A stretch of DNA of 64,000 nucleotides from an uncultured Acidobacteriota bacterium (GTDB lineage: Bacteria > Acidobacteriota > Terriglobia > Terriglobales > Acidobacteriaceae): positions 55,028-119,027 of the forward strand of contig CAWCKL010000013.1 in the NCBI GenBank assembly GCA_963796095.1, written 5' to 3'. A program made the translations under genes and the position numbers. The number at the start of each line of letters is the position of its first letter. The stretch's first letter is position 1. Of this stretch, positions 38,725 through 47,410 are shown in pieces. The notes under the pieces were generated by a model. The model saw only the letters and a list, made by a program, of their open reading frames with translations. It did not search any database and had not been told where the DNA came from.

Positions 38725-39378
38725 TCAAACGACTTCCTCTGCCTTCACCCTGGACATTCCGCCATTCATGTCTTCGATGACAGCCGCTTCATGGGCAACT
38801 TTTGCGTCGATCCCCGCTTCCCGATTCAGTTGCCCGAGGACCACGTAGCCTAAGAGATTACCCAGGGCGTTGAGCGCGCCGGTCGATCCCTGACCACCTG
38901 CTGAACTGGCTACCAGCGCTTTACGACGTTTCGCCAGTTCCGTGCTGTCGGCAAGGTAGTTTGCCTTCTGAAGGTCAACCGGCGTGCCCTGGCCCAGGCG
39001 ATACATCACGGAGAGGTTATTTGAGGCCCCCCAGGTTACCGTGCCCGGCGCTCTTTTGGAACCATGGGAATGCTTGCTTGTAGTCCTGCGATGTCCCATC
39101 GCAGTTGTAATAGAGAGATCCGACGATTTCTTCCGCTTCGACATCTCCTAATTGAGCCGCGCGGATGTTGCACCTGAAGCCAGCAGGTTTATCCCCGAGC
39201 ATGTACGCGATGTCTGATCTGACGTAAATTTTAAGGATTCCGCAGTGAAGCCGGTTTTCGGGGAGGCGTTGGCGACCCAGTTAGCCGATTGGGGCTTGGG
39301 GAAATGGCTGGGCCATATAAATATGACCGTACCTTTCATGGCGTTACCCTGCCGGGCTCCGGTATAGATTCCGGTCAA
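38725..39378 (-). pseudogene. Sel1-repeat protein, frameshifted
   Basis: Sel1-type units AAQLGDVEAEEIVGSLYYN..GTSQDYKQAFPWFQKSAGHGN (ORF 39017..39202) and NLSVMYRLGQGTPVDLQKANYL (ORF 38725..39144) lie in different frames. Confidence 0.5.
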
Positions 39379-39841
39379 CCCGCAGGACGGAATCTGGTTG
39401 TGCTCCTCTCGCGAGAATCGAAGATGTGTAAGCCTCCGAAGTTGACCGTGGTGACGAGCCGCATGGGCATTCGAGTGTCCGCTCTAAGAATGATGTGTAG
39501 CGGTAAGGGACATGCATCTGGCGGATGCGTCGTGCCAGGGGAATCGGCGCTGTCTTTTGCGCTCGACGAGACCAGCCCTTTATAGTAGGGACATGAGCCG
39601 CATACAATTTTACAAGATTTGGGTACAACAGTGCCGGGCAAGCCGCGGCATTAAAAGGCGATTTGGTGTCAAGAGCGCGCTCGAGTATCTGCTCGGGGAG
39701 AAGCTCATGAACTTTGTTAATGCGGCAGAGCAGCATCCGGAGTTTGCCGCTGAGCACGTGGCTCAGGCAGGTTCTCCGCGGGCCGCGATGGAGAAGGCGA
39801 TCCAAGGTTGGAAGGTCGCGTTGGAGCGGTCGCACCAATGC

Positions 39842-40042
39842 ATCGCTGATGTATTTGAGCGTTGGGAGGTACGAGAGCGCAGTCTGAGCTATCTGGAAGG
39901 GGTTCGGAGCGGTTGCGAGCAGAAGAACAGTTGGTACGTGGCGGAGTGGGCCGGGGAAGCTTCGCCTTTTGGGATGCAGTACTTGCTGGATCGTGCGCGT
40001 TGGGACGCCGGTGCGGTTCAGGCCCGCCTCAGCGAATATGTG
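39842..40042 (+). pseudogene. IS701-like transposase N-terminal fragment
   Basis: FERWEVRERSLSYLEGVRSGCEQKNSWYVAEWAGEASPFGMQYLLDRARWDAGAVQARLSEYV follows the conserved N-terminus of IS701-family transposases. The DDE domain is missing. Confidence 0.45.
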
Positions 40043-40171
40043 AAGGCTCCCGGCATTTCCCGAAGTCGCTACTTCACCATGCGCATCCCAAGGAACGCGC
40101 CAGAGAAATTTTTGCAAACTCGCGCGATCCTCGACGATAGCAGTTAGAATATTCGCAACTTGGCATCGCCT

Positions 40172-42922
40172 ATGGCAAGAAAATACAAAAAAGGGATCCA
40201 GCGAGCGAACGCCGTCGCCCTAGCGAATGGCGGGAACCCCGTGAATACGGAGTTTCCTCGGATTCGCGAGTTGATTGCCAGCCGGCATTCGAAGGCTGCG
40301 GTCGAACTGGCGAAGGATCTGCACAAGCGCGCCGCCACGCCCGAAAGCGAAGCTTTACTGCTCGATGCGTATCAATGCCGCATTGAGGACATGATGAGGC
40401 TGGGGATGGCTGTTGAGGCCAAGATGCTGCTGCAAATGGTGGGCGAACGCTTTCCCTTGTCGCGCGCGCGAATGCTCGACTTACAGTGGGAAATTACCGC
40501 AGCGGATGGCAGGCTTGACCACATCGTGGCGCCGCTCGCGGATGTGAACCTCCCTGCGAAAGTTCGCGAACGCATCGAGATTTTCGTCCGCCAGCGGGTG
40601 TACGATCTGCCCACCTTGGCAGCGGTGTCGTCGTTGCCCCCGGAGCATCCTTTGCGCGAGGGCGCCGTGGCACTCGGGGCGGCGTTCCGGGCCGTGACGC
40701 GTGGGCCCGTAGACGACCAGGTTCTGGCCCTGCCGCAGGTGTCCCGGCGCAGCGCGCTCGGTGGATGGAAGGCACTGATCTGGGCGATCGCCAGCTTCTA
40801 TCGGCGCGAGGACGACGCCTGCCAAAAATGGCTGCGGCTGGTGCCGGCGGATTCGGCTCCCGCCAGACTGATTCGGCCTCTGCTCGCGATGTTGGGGACA
40901 GCAACCGCCAAGTCCGAGTTCAACGCAGCCGAGCAACGGCTTCTGAGCGCGGTTGGAAGCGGCAGTGCGGCGCTGCGCCCCGCGCTAGTGGCTCTTGAAC
41001 AAGCGTTGACGGCGAAAAAACCCAAAGCGCTGCTCGATGCGACCCGGTCCGCGGTCGCAATCTGCGGCCAATGCTTTCCCAAGATTCGCGAGCGACTGCG
41101 CCAGCATATTCTGATTCACTCTCTGGCGCGCGGGCTGTGGCGTTCCGAAATGCTTGCGGCGATTGGCGGCCCGCCGCGGGAAAACGCCTATTTCTGCAGA
41201 CTGATGGCGCGAAGTTTCGAACACCATATGGATTGGGACAGCATGGCGGAAGCGCTGTTTCATTGGGAATCGTTCCGGCGCGAAGCCATCCGGGAAAAAT
41301 GGTTTGCCGCGGGGAGCCTGGAGGATGGCGTGCTTTCCTTGCATATGGCGAAGCTCGCCGAGCGATTGCCTGCTGACTCTTTCGACGAATTCGACTCGAT
41401 GCGCCCGCTCCGCCGTGACCGAAGCGTCGGAGGACTAGGAGACGGCGATCTGCGTTCTCCCGAGATGTTGTACGAGCGGGCGTGCCGGGCCGATCCGCAT
41501 CCGGACGCGTTTCAGGCGTGGCTGCATTGGGCGGACAAACATCGGGGTTGGAAGGCGGCCGATCAGGTGGCTGAGCTTTGGCGGCAAACCCGGCCCGGAG
41601 ACACAAGACCCCCGCTCTATCTGATGGAATCGGCCGAGAAGCGCGGGGCCTATCGGAAGTCGCTCGAACATCTCGAAAGCGCGGAAGAACTCGACCGGCT
41701 TAACCCAGACGTGCGGCGGGCCAAACTGCGGTTGCTGCTTTCGGCAGCCATACGCCATCTGAGGCAACGCAAGACGCACTTGGTCAAGGAAGCGGAAATC
41801 GACCCCATCGAGGCTTTACCGGAAGTGCGGGAGGGAGAGATTGCTTCTTTCGGAACCGTGTTGCGCCTCCTCTCCGCCGTGCTCGATGGAGACAAGGTCT
41901 CAATCGAACAGCACCACGAGCGGCTCCAGTCATTGGTCGGCGGTCGGGTGCCCGCTTTTGTATTGACCTATGGTCTGGCGAAAACCGCGAACCTCGATGG
42001 CAAGGTGGAACTGCCGACGGTCGAGCTTGCCCGGTTTTCCGCCACGGAACTGCTCACTGGAACCACGCGAGCCGTTGCCCTGGGCGATTGGGCGGGTCTG
42101 GGGCTGCCCCTGCCGCCGTCCTGGGAAGAACATCTGCTTGCCGCCTTAGATCAGGCCAACTGCCCCACCGACATTACGCAACTGCTGGTGCTCGGAGAGG
42201 CTGCCTTGCGCAGTGAGGCCATGAAGTTGGCATACGCGGTGTCGGCAGTGGGTCTGGCCCAGGGCACCGCCGATGCCAGGTTTCTGTTCCTTCGCGGTCG
42301 GGTGCTGCCTGACTGGCACCCCAGGCGGCAGGAGGGGTGTTTCACGGCGGCTCTCGAACTCGCCCGGCGCGAGCGCAGCCTGGAACTGGCGGGGAACATC
42401 CTCGATGAAATGCGCGAGAACGATGATCGCTTCTGGGGAGTTGATTTTCTGGACGACGCTACCGCCAACCGACCTGTGCCGGCAGAGTTGCTGAAGCAGA
42501 TCCTAGAGGAAGAGCGGGCGGAAAGGCAGTTTCCCGTTTACGAACGCAGCAGTCCTGCCCAGTATGGCTCCAAGCTTCGACGGCGCGATTGCGACTGCCC
42601 GGATTGTCGTGCCCGGCGCGGGGCAACGCCGAGCGATTGGGGCGAAGACGATGGAGAGGACCAGGACCAGAACGAGTTTGCCGAACCTCCGCCCGCCGTT
42701 TTTTCCCGTGCACTGGAGCAGTTCGAGCAGTTTCTGGGTAGGCTTCCTCCCCGGATCGCACGGAAAGTGGAAGAAGCGATTGCGCGCGGAGAACCGCCCG
42801 AAATTGCGGTGCCCAAAATTTTCAGGAACGTTCCGCCGGAGATGCGGCCGTCTACGCCCGGCGGAAAGACAAAGAAGGCAACGGGAACTCTTCCGTCGCC
42901 CGCACAGGGCAATCTGTTTTAG
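40172..42922 (+). CDS. 917-aa helical-repeat protein of unknown function, first gene of the Hsp70 module
   Basis: Uninterrupted 2.75-kb ORF (ATG at 40172; the track starts at the TTG at 40160). Leu/Ala/Arg/Glu-rich throughout. C-terminal CDCPDCRARRG, an acidic DWGEDDGEDQDQNEF run, and a basic tail. No catalytic motif recognised. Confidence 0.75.
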   Translation: MARKYKKGIQRANAVALANGGNPVNTEFPRIRELIASRHSKAAVELAKDLHKRAATPESEALLLDAYQCRIEDMMRLGMAVEAKMLLQMVGERFPLSRARMLDLQWEITAADGRLDHIVAPLADVNLPAKVRERIEIFVRQRVYDLPTLAAVSSLPPEHPLREGAVALGAAFRAVTRGPVDDQVLALPQVSRRSALGGWKALIWAIASFYRREDDACQKWLRLVPADSAPARLIRPLLAMLGTATAKSEFNAAEQRLLSAVGSGSAALRPALVALEQALTAKKPKALLDATRSAVAICGQCFPKIRERLRQHILIHSLARGLWRSEMLAAIGGPPRENAYFCRLMARSFEHHMDWDSMAEALFHWESFRREAIREKWFAAGSLEDGVLSLHMAKLAERLPADSFDEFDSMRPLRRDRSVGGLGDGDLRSPEMLYERACRADPHPDAFQAWLHWADKHRGWKAADQVAELWRQTRPGDTRPPLYLMESAEKRGAYRKSLEHLESAEELDRLNPDVRRAKLRLLLSAAIRHLRQRKTHLVKEAEIDPIEALPEVREGEIASFGTVLRLLSAVLDGDKVSIEQHHERLQSLVGGRVPAFVLTYGLAKTANLDGKVELPTVELARFSATELLTGTTRAVALGDWAGLGLPLPPSWEEHLLAALDQANCPTDITQLLVLGEAALRSEAMKLAYAVSAVGLAQGTADARFLFLRGRVLPDWHPRRQEGCFTAALELARRERSLELAGNILDEMRENDDRFWGVDFLDDATANRPVPAELLKQILEEERAERQFPVYERSSPAQYGSKLRRRDCDCPDCRARRGATPSDWGEDDGEDQDQNEFAEPPPAVFSRALEQFEQFLGRLPPRIARKVEEAIARGEPPEIAVPKIFRNVPPEMRPSTPGGKTKKATGTLPSPAQGNLF

Positions 42923-42931
42923 GGTAATGGG

Positions 42932-43243
42932 ATGAACCGAGAAACCGACCGCGCGTCCAATCCGCACGCCGTGCTCGGCGTTGGGCCGGAAGCCGACGAC
43001 GAGCAGATTCGTGCCGCTTATCTCGGCAAGCTCAAGCAGTATCCGCCGGACCGCTGTCCCGACGAGTTCGAAAGCGTGCGTGATGCCTATGATCTGCTGC
43101 GCGACCGGCGCCGGCGCGCGCAGCACACCCTGTTCTCCTGCGATCCGGAGGCCCCTTTAGAATCCCTGCTCGATGGCGCGCGCGACGAGAGGAATTACAC
43201 CGGGTCCGAACCGTGGCTGGCAGTATTGAAAGAAAAAAAGTAG
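42932..43243 (+). CDS. J-like domain protein lacking the HPD histidine
   Basis: NPHAVLGVGPEADDEQIRAAYLGKLKQYPPDRCPDEFESVRDAYDLLRD aligns to the J-domain consensus (D.Y.iLGV...A....I..AYr.la.kyHPDr......F..i..AYevL), with PPD in place of HPD. 103 aa, no G/F or Zn-finger region. Confidence 0.75.
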   Translation: MNRETDRASNPHAVLGVGPEADDEQIRAAYLGKLKQYPPDRCPDEFESVRDAYDLLRDRRRRAQHTLFSCDPEAPLESLLDGARDERNYTGSEPWLAVLKEKK

Positions 43244-43250
43244 ACAACGA

Positions 43251-44042
43251 ATGGATGTACATGCCCTCTCCGGGAGGCACTCTCCGGAACAACGCGAGCG
43301 TTTGGTGCGGCACTTCGAGGCTTGGCTGGAAAAAGCGCTGGCCGACGAGGCGCCGCCTTCGGGATTGACTGCCGAGTTGCTGTCTGCGCTCGAAACCGGC
43401 GATCCGCTTCCGCCCGTCGATCGAAGTTGCGATCTCTATTCTCTGTGGTGCGCCATGACCGTTCTCACCCAGGAAGTCCGGTTGCAAGGGCGAGCATTTA
43501 CGCAGTTGAAAGATACGCTGTTCCGGGGGCCGGAGGCGTCCGCCGCGGAGCGGCGGAATGCGGAGGCCGCCGCCCAGTCATCCGCCGAAACGCCGCGCAG
43601 CAAGCAAGCGCAAAGGCGGGAGATCGACACTCTACTTGATCTGCGGGATCGCGTGGAACGCGGACGGAGCGCGGCGCAGAGCGCCGCCGAGGAGCTGGCT
43701 CCCTCACGTCGGCCGCGCTGGGCGCGCTGGCTGGGAATTGGCCGGAGGCGCGCGCGGCAGACGCAGGAGATTCTCGCTGCACTTTCCCAGGGCTACGGCC
43801 TTACCCTGGACCGGCTCGATCAGGCGCTGCTCGATCTCCATGTCAGCGCAATCCGGTCTGATGGACAAAGGTTCGATCCGCAGCGTATGACGGCCATTGC
43901 CATCGGGGAGACCGACGAGGTGCCTGAAGGAACCGTGGTCGAAGTCTACCGCAACGGTTACGAGTGGGAAAGCGAAGTGTATCGTCCCGCTCAGGTCAAA
44001 GTGGCGCGACCGCGAGCATGGAACGGAAGAGAAAGGAACTGA
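43251..44042 (+). CDS. GrpE-like nucleotide exchange factor
   Basis: LLDLRDRVERG and LDRLDQALLDLHVSAIRSDGQRFDPQRMTAIAIGETDEVPEGTVVEVYRNGYEWESEVYRPAQVKVARP match the GrpE four-helix-bundle and beta-domain consensus. Confidence 0.75.
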   Translation: MDVHALSGRHSPEQRERLVRHFEAWLEKALADEAPPSGLTAELLSALETGDPLPPVDRSCDLYSLWCAMTVLTQEVRLQGRAFTQLKDTLFRGPEASAAERRNAEAAAQSSAETPRSKQAQRREIDTLLDLRDRVERGRSAAQSAAEELAPSRRPRWARWLGIGRRRARQTQEILAALSQGYGLTLDRLDQALLDLHVSAIRSDGQRFDPQRMTAIAIGETDEVPEGTVVEVYRNGYEWESEVYRPAQVKVARPRAWNGRERN

Positions 44043-44044
44043 CA

Positions 44045-45877
44045 ATGAGCGATCTGATTGTGGGTATCGATTTGGGGACCACCAACTCCGAGGTAGCGGC
44101 TTTCGATGCGGGCAAAGTTCAGGTGCTAGAGTCGGGCCAGAGCAAATTACTTCCTTCGGTCGTCGGACTATCTCCGTCGGGCGAGTTGCTGGTGGGCGAG
44201 GCTGCCCGCAATCAGTTGGTGTTGTATCCGGAACGCACCGTGCGCAGCATCAAGCGCAAGATGGGCAGTAGCGAAACGGTTTCGCTTGGAGAGCGGCAGT
44301 TTCGGCCGCCAGAGATCTCGGCGCTGATTCTGCGCGAACTCGCCACTTGGGCCGGCCGGGCACTCCAGCAAACGGTCGAAAAAGCGGTCATCACCGTGCC
44401 CGCTTACTTTTCCGACGCGCAACGGCAGGCCACGCGAGAAGCGGCCCAACTGGCCGGCCTCGAGGCCGTGCGCATCCTGAACGAACCGACGGCGGCAAGT
44501 TTGGCCTATGGAGAAGGCAGCCGGCACAACGCTATGGTTTATGACCTTGGCGGCGGAACTTTCGACGTCTCGATCGTGGCTCTGGAAGGCGATATCACCG
44601 AAGTGCTTGCCAGTCACGGAAATAACCAACTGGGGGGCGACGACTTCAACGACCTGCTGGCCGAGCATTTGCTCGCGACCTTTCAGCACAACTATGGCAT
44701 CGATCTCCGGTGGGACCATCCCGTGGCCCGCGCCCGCGTCTGGTGGGCGGCCGAAGAAGCCAAGCGCCGGTTGAGTTTCGAGCCCGAGACGACGGTGCGT
44801 GAAGAAGCCTTGGTCACACTCGACGGCAAGCCGCTGCATCTCGAACTGGAGATCACCCGCGAACGCTACGAAAGCATGATTCGTCCGCTGCTTGAGCAGA
44901 CGCTGGAAAGCGTATCGAAAGCGTTGGCGGATGCTCGCAAGGGCCCTTCCGACCTCGATGCCATTTTGTTGGTCGGCGGCTCCACGCGCACCCCGCTGAT
45001 TGCCGAGATGCTGAAGGAGCGCACCGGCATAACTCCACGGGAAGAAATTCATCCCGACCTGTGCGTCGCTCTCGGCGCCGGCGTGCTGGCCTCGCGACTG
45101 GGGGGCCACGATGTGGAGCGGGTGCTGGTCGACGTATCGCCGTATTCGTTCGGAGTCTCCTATCTCGGAGAACGCGGCGGCGTTCCTTATCCGCATTGCT
45201 ACAAACCGATCCTGCGGCGCAACAGCCCATTGCCCATCACCCGCACCGAACGCTTCTATACCAGCCATGCGTACCAGGAAGAAGTGGAAATTTGCGTGTA
45301 CGAGGGCGAGGACGAGGATGCTCTGCGCGATATCCTGGTCGGCGAGTTCCAGGTGAAGGGCCTCACTCCGGTGCGAGACGAGAACGAAGTGCTCTGCCGC
45401 ATGAGCGTGGACTTGGACGGAATTCTGCACGTTACGGCCATCGAAAAGCGCTCTGGCCTGTCCAAGCACATCACTATTGCCCGCGCCCTCGAGAGCAAGA
45501 GCGAAGCCGAAATTACCGAAGCCCGGAAACGTCTGGAGGCTCTCTATTCCCCGGGCCAGAGCGAGCAGGAGGACGCCGAACTCGAAGAAGCCCAAGGCTC
45601 GGACCAGATGGTCAACGAGGATTCGCTTCGAGTCCAGCCTGCGGCAGGGGAAAATTTCGCGGCGAACGACGACTGGAGTTCGGTCGCCCGCGAGGGAAAG
45701 CAATTGATCGAACGCTCCCGCCAATTGCTCGAGCAGTTGCACGAAGAGGATCGGGAAGAAGCGATCGACTTGAACGCGCAGATCGAATCCGCAATCGGCG
45801 CCAACGATGCCACTGCACTCAAGCAGGCGGCAAGCGATTTGCGGGAGTTGCTGTTCTTCGTGGAGGGCCGCGCATGA
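44045..45877 (+). CDS. Hsp70-family ATPase (non-housekeeping paralog)
   Basis: Start at the ATG at 44045 (MSDLIVGIDLGTTNSEVA), 2 nt after the GrpE-like stop. DLGGGTFDVS and LLVGGSTRTPLI are NBD signatures. The SBD is divergent and the C-terminus is an acidic coiled tail. Confidence 0.9.
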   Translation: MSDLIVGIDLGTTNSEVAAFDAGKVQVLESGQSKLLPSVVGLSPSGELLVGEAARNQLVLYPERTVRSIKRKMGSSETVSLGERQFRPPEISALILRELATWAGRALQQTVEKAVITVPAYFSDAQRQATREAAQLAGLEAVRILNEPTAASLAYGEGSRHNAMVYDLGGGTFDVSIVALEGDITEVLASHGNNQLGGDDFNDLLAEHLLATFQHNYGIDLRWDHPVARARVWWAAEEAKRRLSFEPETTVREEALVTLDGKPLHLELEITRERYESMIRPLLEQTLESVSKALADARKGPSDLDAILLVGGSTRTPLIAEMLKERTGITPREEIHPDLCVALGAGVLASRLGGHDVERVLVDVSPYSFGVSYLGERGGVPYPHCYKPILRRNSPLPITRTERFYTSHAYQEEVEICVYEGEDEDALRDILVGEFQVKGLTPVRDENEVLCRMSVDLDGILHVTAIEKRSGLSKHITIARALESKSEAEITEARKRLEALYSPGQSEQEDAELEEAQGSDQMVNEDSLRVQPAAGENFAANDDWSSVAREGKQLIERSRQLLEQLHEEDREEAIDLNAQIESAIGANDATALKQAASDLRELLFFVEGRA

Positions 45878-46140
45878 GTGGCGAAAGCGCACTTTGCTGT
45901 CCAGTCTGCAAGGCCCGGTTTCGCGGTGCTCAACAATGTTCGCGCTGCGGTGCCGATCTTTCGGCGCCGATGCTGCTGGCGGCACACGCGTATGCTTTGC
46001 GCCAAGCGGCTCGCCAAGCGCTGCGATCGGGCGATGGGCGGACCGGCCTCGAGTCAGCCCGCGCTGCCCAAGGCCTGCACTCGACGCCCGAAGGCGGTCT
46101 TCTTCAGTCTGCGAGTGCGCTTGCCAACGGTCAGGAATGA
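45874..46140 (+). CDS. 88-aa zinc-ribbon protein, translationally coupled to the Hsp70
   Basis: Its ATG overlaps the Hsp70 TGA (ATGA at 45874-45877). MSGESALCCPVCKARFRGAQQCSRCGADL (CPxC...CxxC), then an Ala/Leu-rich helix. It is the in-frame tail of the 45061..46140 track ORF. Confidence 0.6.
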   Translation: MSGESALCCPVCKARFRGAQQCSRCGADLSAPMLLAAHAYALRQAARQALRSGDGRTGLESARAAQGLHSTPEGGLLQSASALANGQE

Positions 46141-46295
46141 GGGTCAGAGATCGCCCGATCCCTCAACTCGCAAACAGGGACGAAAACGAGCCGACCTGCG
46201 CCTGGAGAAAAATCAACGTCCATTAAGCGTCCAACAATGAGTGGAGTTGTTTGTTGCGGGAGGTTCTTAGAGGACTGATGTGCCATTCGCGCCTC

Positions 46296-46405
46296 CTAAC
46301 TAGCCAAGGACTTCGCCCTTGATATCCCGTTGAATTCCAACGGATGCAGCAACTTGACGTTACAACGAGAACAAAATTCTCGTTGTAACGTGCATAATCG
46401 ACTAA
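46296..46405 (+). mobile_element. about 110-bp mini-element (left-end repeat plus right-end hairpin) in tandem with a larger copy
   Basis: CTAACTAGCCAAGGACTTCGCCCTTGATATCCCGTTGAAT (46296-46335), then the perfect hairpin CGTTACAACGAGAAcaaaaTTCTCGTTGTAACG (46358-46390), then GTGCATAATCGACTAA. Confidence 0.5.
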
Positions 46406-47410
46406 CTAGCCAAGGGCTTCACCCTTGATATCCCATCGAATCGTACCGCTTTGCCGGGGTGATGCCGTAGAAGCATTCATGGCGGTAGTCTTCTGGGTAT
46501 TCGACTACACAGGAGATCGCCATGAACGCTTTTCTACGAGCACCACAAGAGTAGCATCGAGTTCGGATATCGATGTTTCGATCGGATCCTACTGAATGGA
46601 CTGATTCAACCCTTCCAACAACCGGAGCGGGTCGAAGACCTCGATCTTCCCAATCCCGTCATTCGCAGTCACTACGCCCACGGATTCGCCAAGCAATACG
46701 TCCGCGATGACCGCTTGCTACGAACCGAGCCGGCCACCAATGACGTCACCGACTATGGGGTCAACAAGAATGTCGACAACCTGCCGCAGTTACGCCAGCG
46801 CATGTCCGAGATCATTGACCACTACCACGATGCCCAGCAAGACATCCTGGAAACGTTCATCGATCGCGGCCAACTCCAAAAACTGGCTGAGCCCACCACC
46901 CTGACTAACGGAAAGCGCATCCCGGGCCGTAAGCTCGATCACCCTCGGCAACTGGCGGTCATGCATGCTTTGGTCCGCTTTGCTAACATCGCCGCCGGCT
47001 CCACTTTCACCACCGCTGATTTTTACCCGCCGGTATTGGACGCTCTCGGGCTTCCCCAGTCCCAATACTCTCTGGCATCGCTGCGCTACGATCTCTCCAA
47101 ACTGCGCGCCAAGCGCCTGGTCGACAAACTGCCCCACTCTCGTCGGTACCGTCTCGCCCACGAGGGCTATTCCATCTGCGTCCTCTTCCTAAAGCTATTC
47201 GAGCGCATCTATGCTCCGCTCACCGCCGGTCTCCTCAAGCCTTTCGCCGGCGATCGCAACCTCGCCCCGGACAAACGTTGTCAACTTGACCGCCTCTATC
47301 AACGGCTCACCGACGATCTCGACGCTCTCTTATCCGCAGTCGGACTCAAGACCGCTGCTTAACGAATCCAACGAGAACAAATTCTCGTTTCGAGGTGCAT
47401 AACCAACTAA
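46402..47410 (+). mobile_element. degraded repeat-bounded element carrying a frameshifted ORF
   Basis: Begins with a second copy of the 40-mer (46402-46441, 4 mismatches). Ends with AACGAGAAcaaaTTCTCGTT (47370-47389) plus GTGCATAACCAACTAA, the same order as in the mini-element. Confidence 0.5.
46522..47362 (+). pseudogene. element-encoded protein of unknown function, frameshifted after codon 4
   Basis: AGGAGA SD then ATG at 46522 gives MNAF, then a stop 6 codons later. The +1 frame reads YEHHKSSIEFGYRCFDRILLNGLIQPFQQPERVEDLDLPNPVIRSHYAHGFAKQYVRDDRLLRTEPATND... continuous with ORF 46715..47362. Confidence 0.45.

Noticed and set aside
39344-40117. 257-aa minus-strand ORF
   Set aside because: Its translation is Arg/Pro/Leu-rich and it overlaps the Sel1 and IS701 fragments on the other strand. 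It lacks an SD and is most likely non-coding.
40481-43126. Several 80-230-aa minus-strand ORFs inside the 917-aa gene (e.g. 40920..41606, 42503..43126)
   Set aside because: All are antisense to a long uninterrupted ORF and have Arg/Pro/Gly-rich translations. They are high-GC artefacts.
44168-45985. 605-aa minus-strand ORF
   Set aside because: It is exactly antisense to the well-supported Hsp70 gene and has an Arg/Ala/Gly-rich, low-complexity translation. This is a typical high-GC antisense ORF.
45061-46140. 359-aa + ORF overlapping the Hsp70 out of frame
   Set aside because: The first 270 codons are an Arg/Gly/Pro-rich off-frame reading of the Hsp70. Only the last 88 codons, starting from the ATG at 45874, are plausible and are reported as the zinc-ribbon gene.
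46296-46441. Two 40-nt direct repeats separated by 66 nt, considered as a possible CRISPR array
   Set aside because: There are only two copies, with 4 mismatches. The spacer contains its own perfect hairpin that recurs at 47370. No cas genes are present. The sequence is better explained as mobile-element ends.
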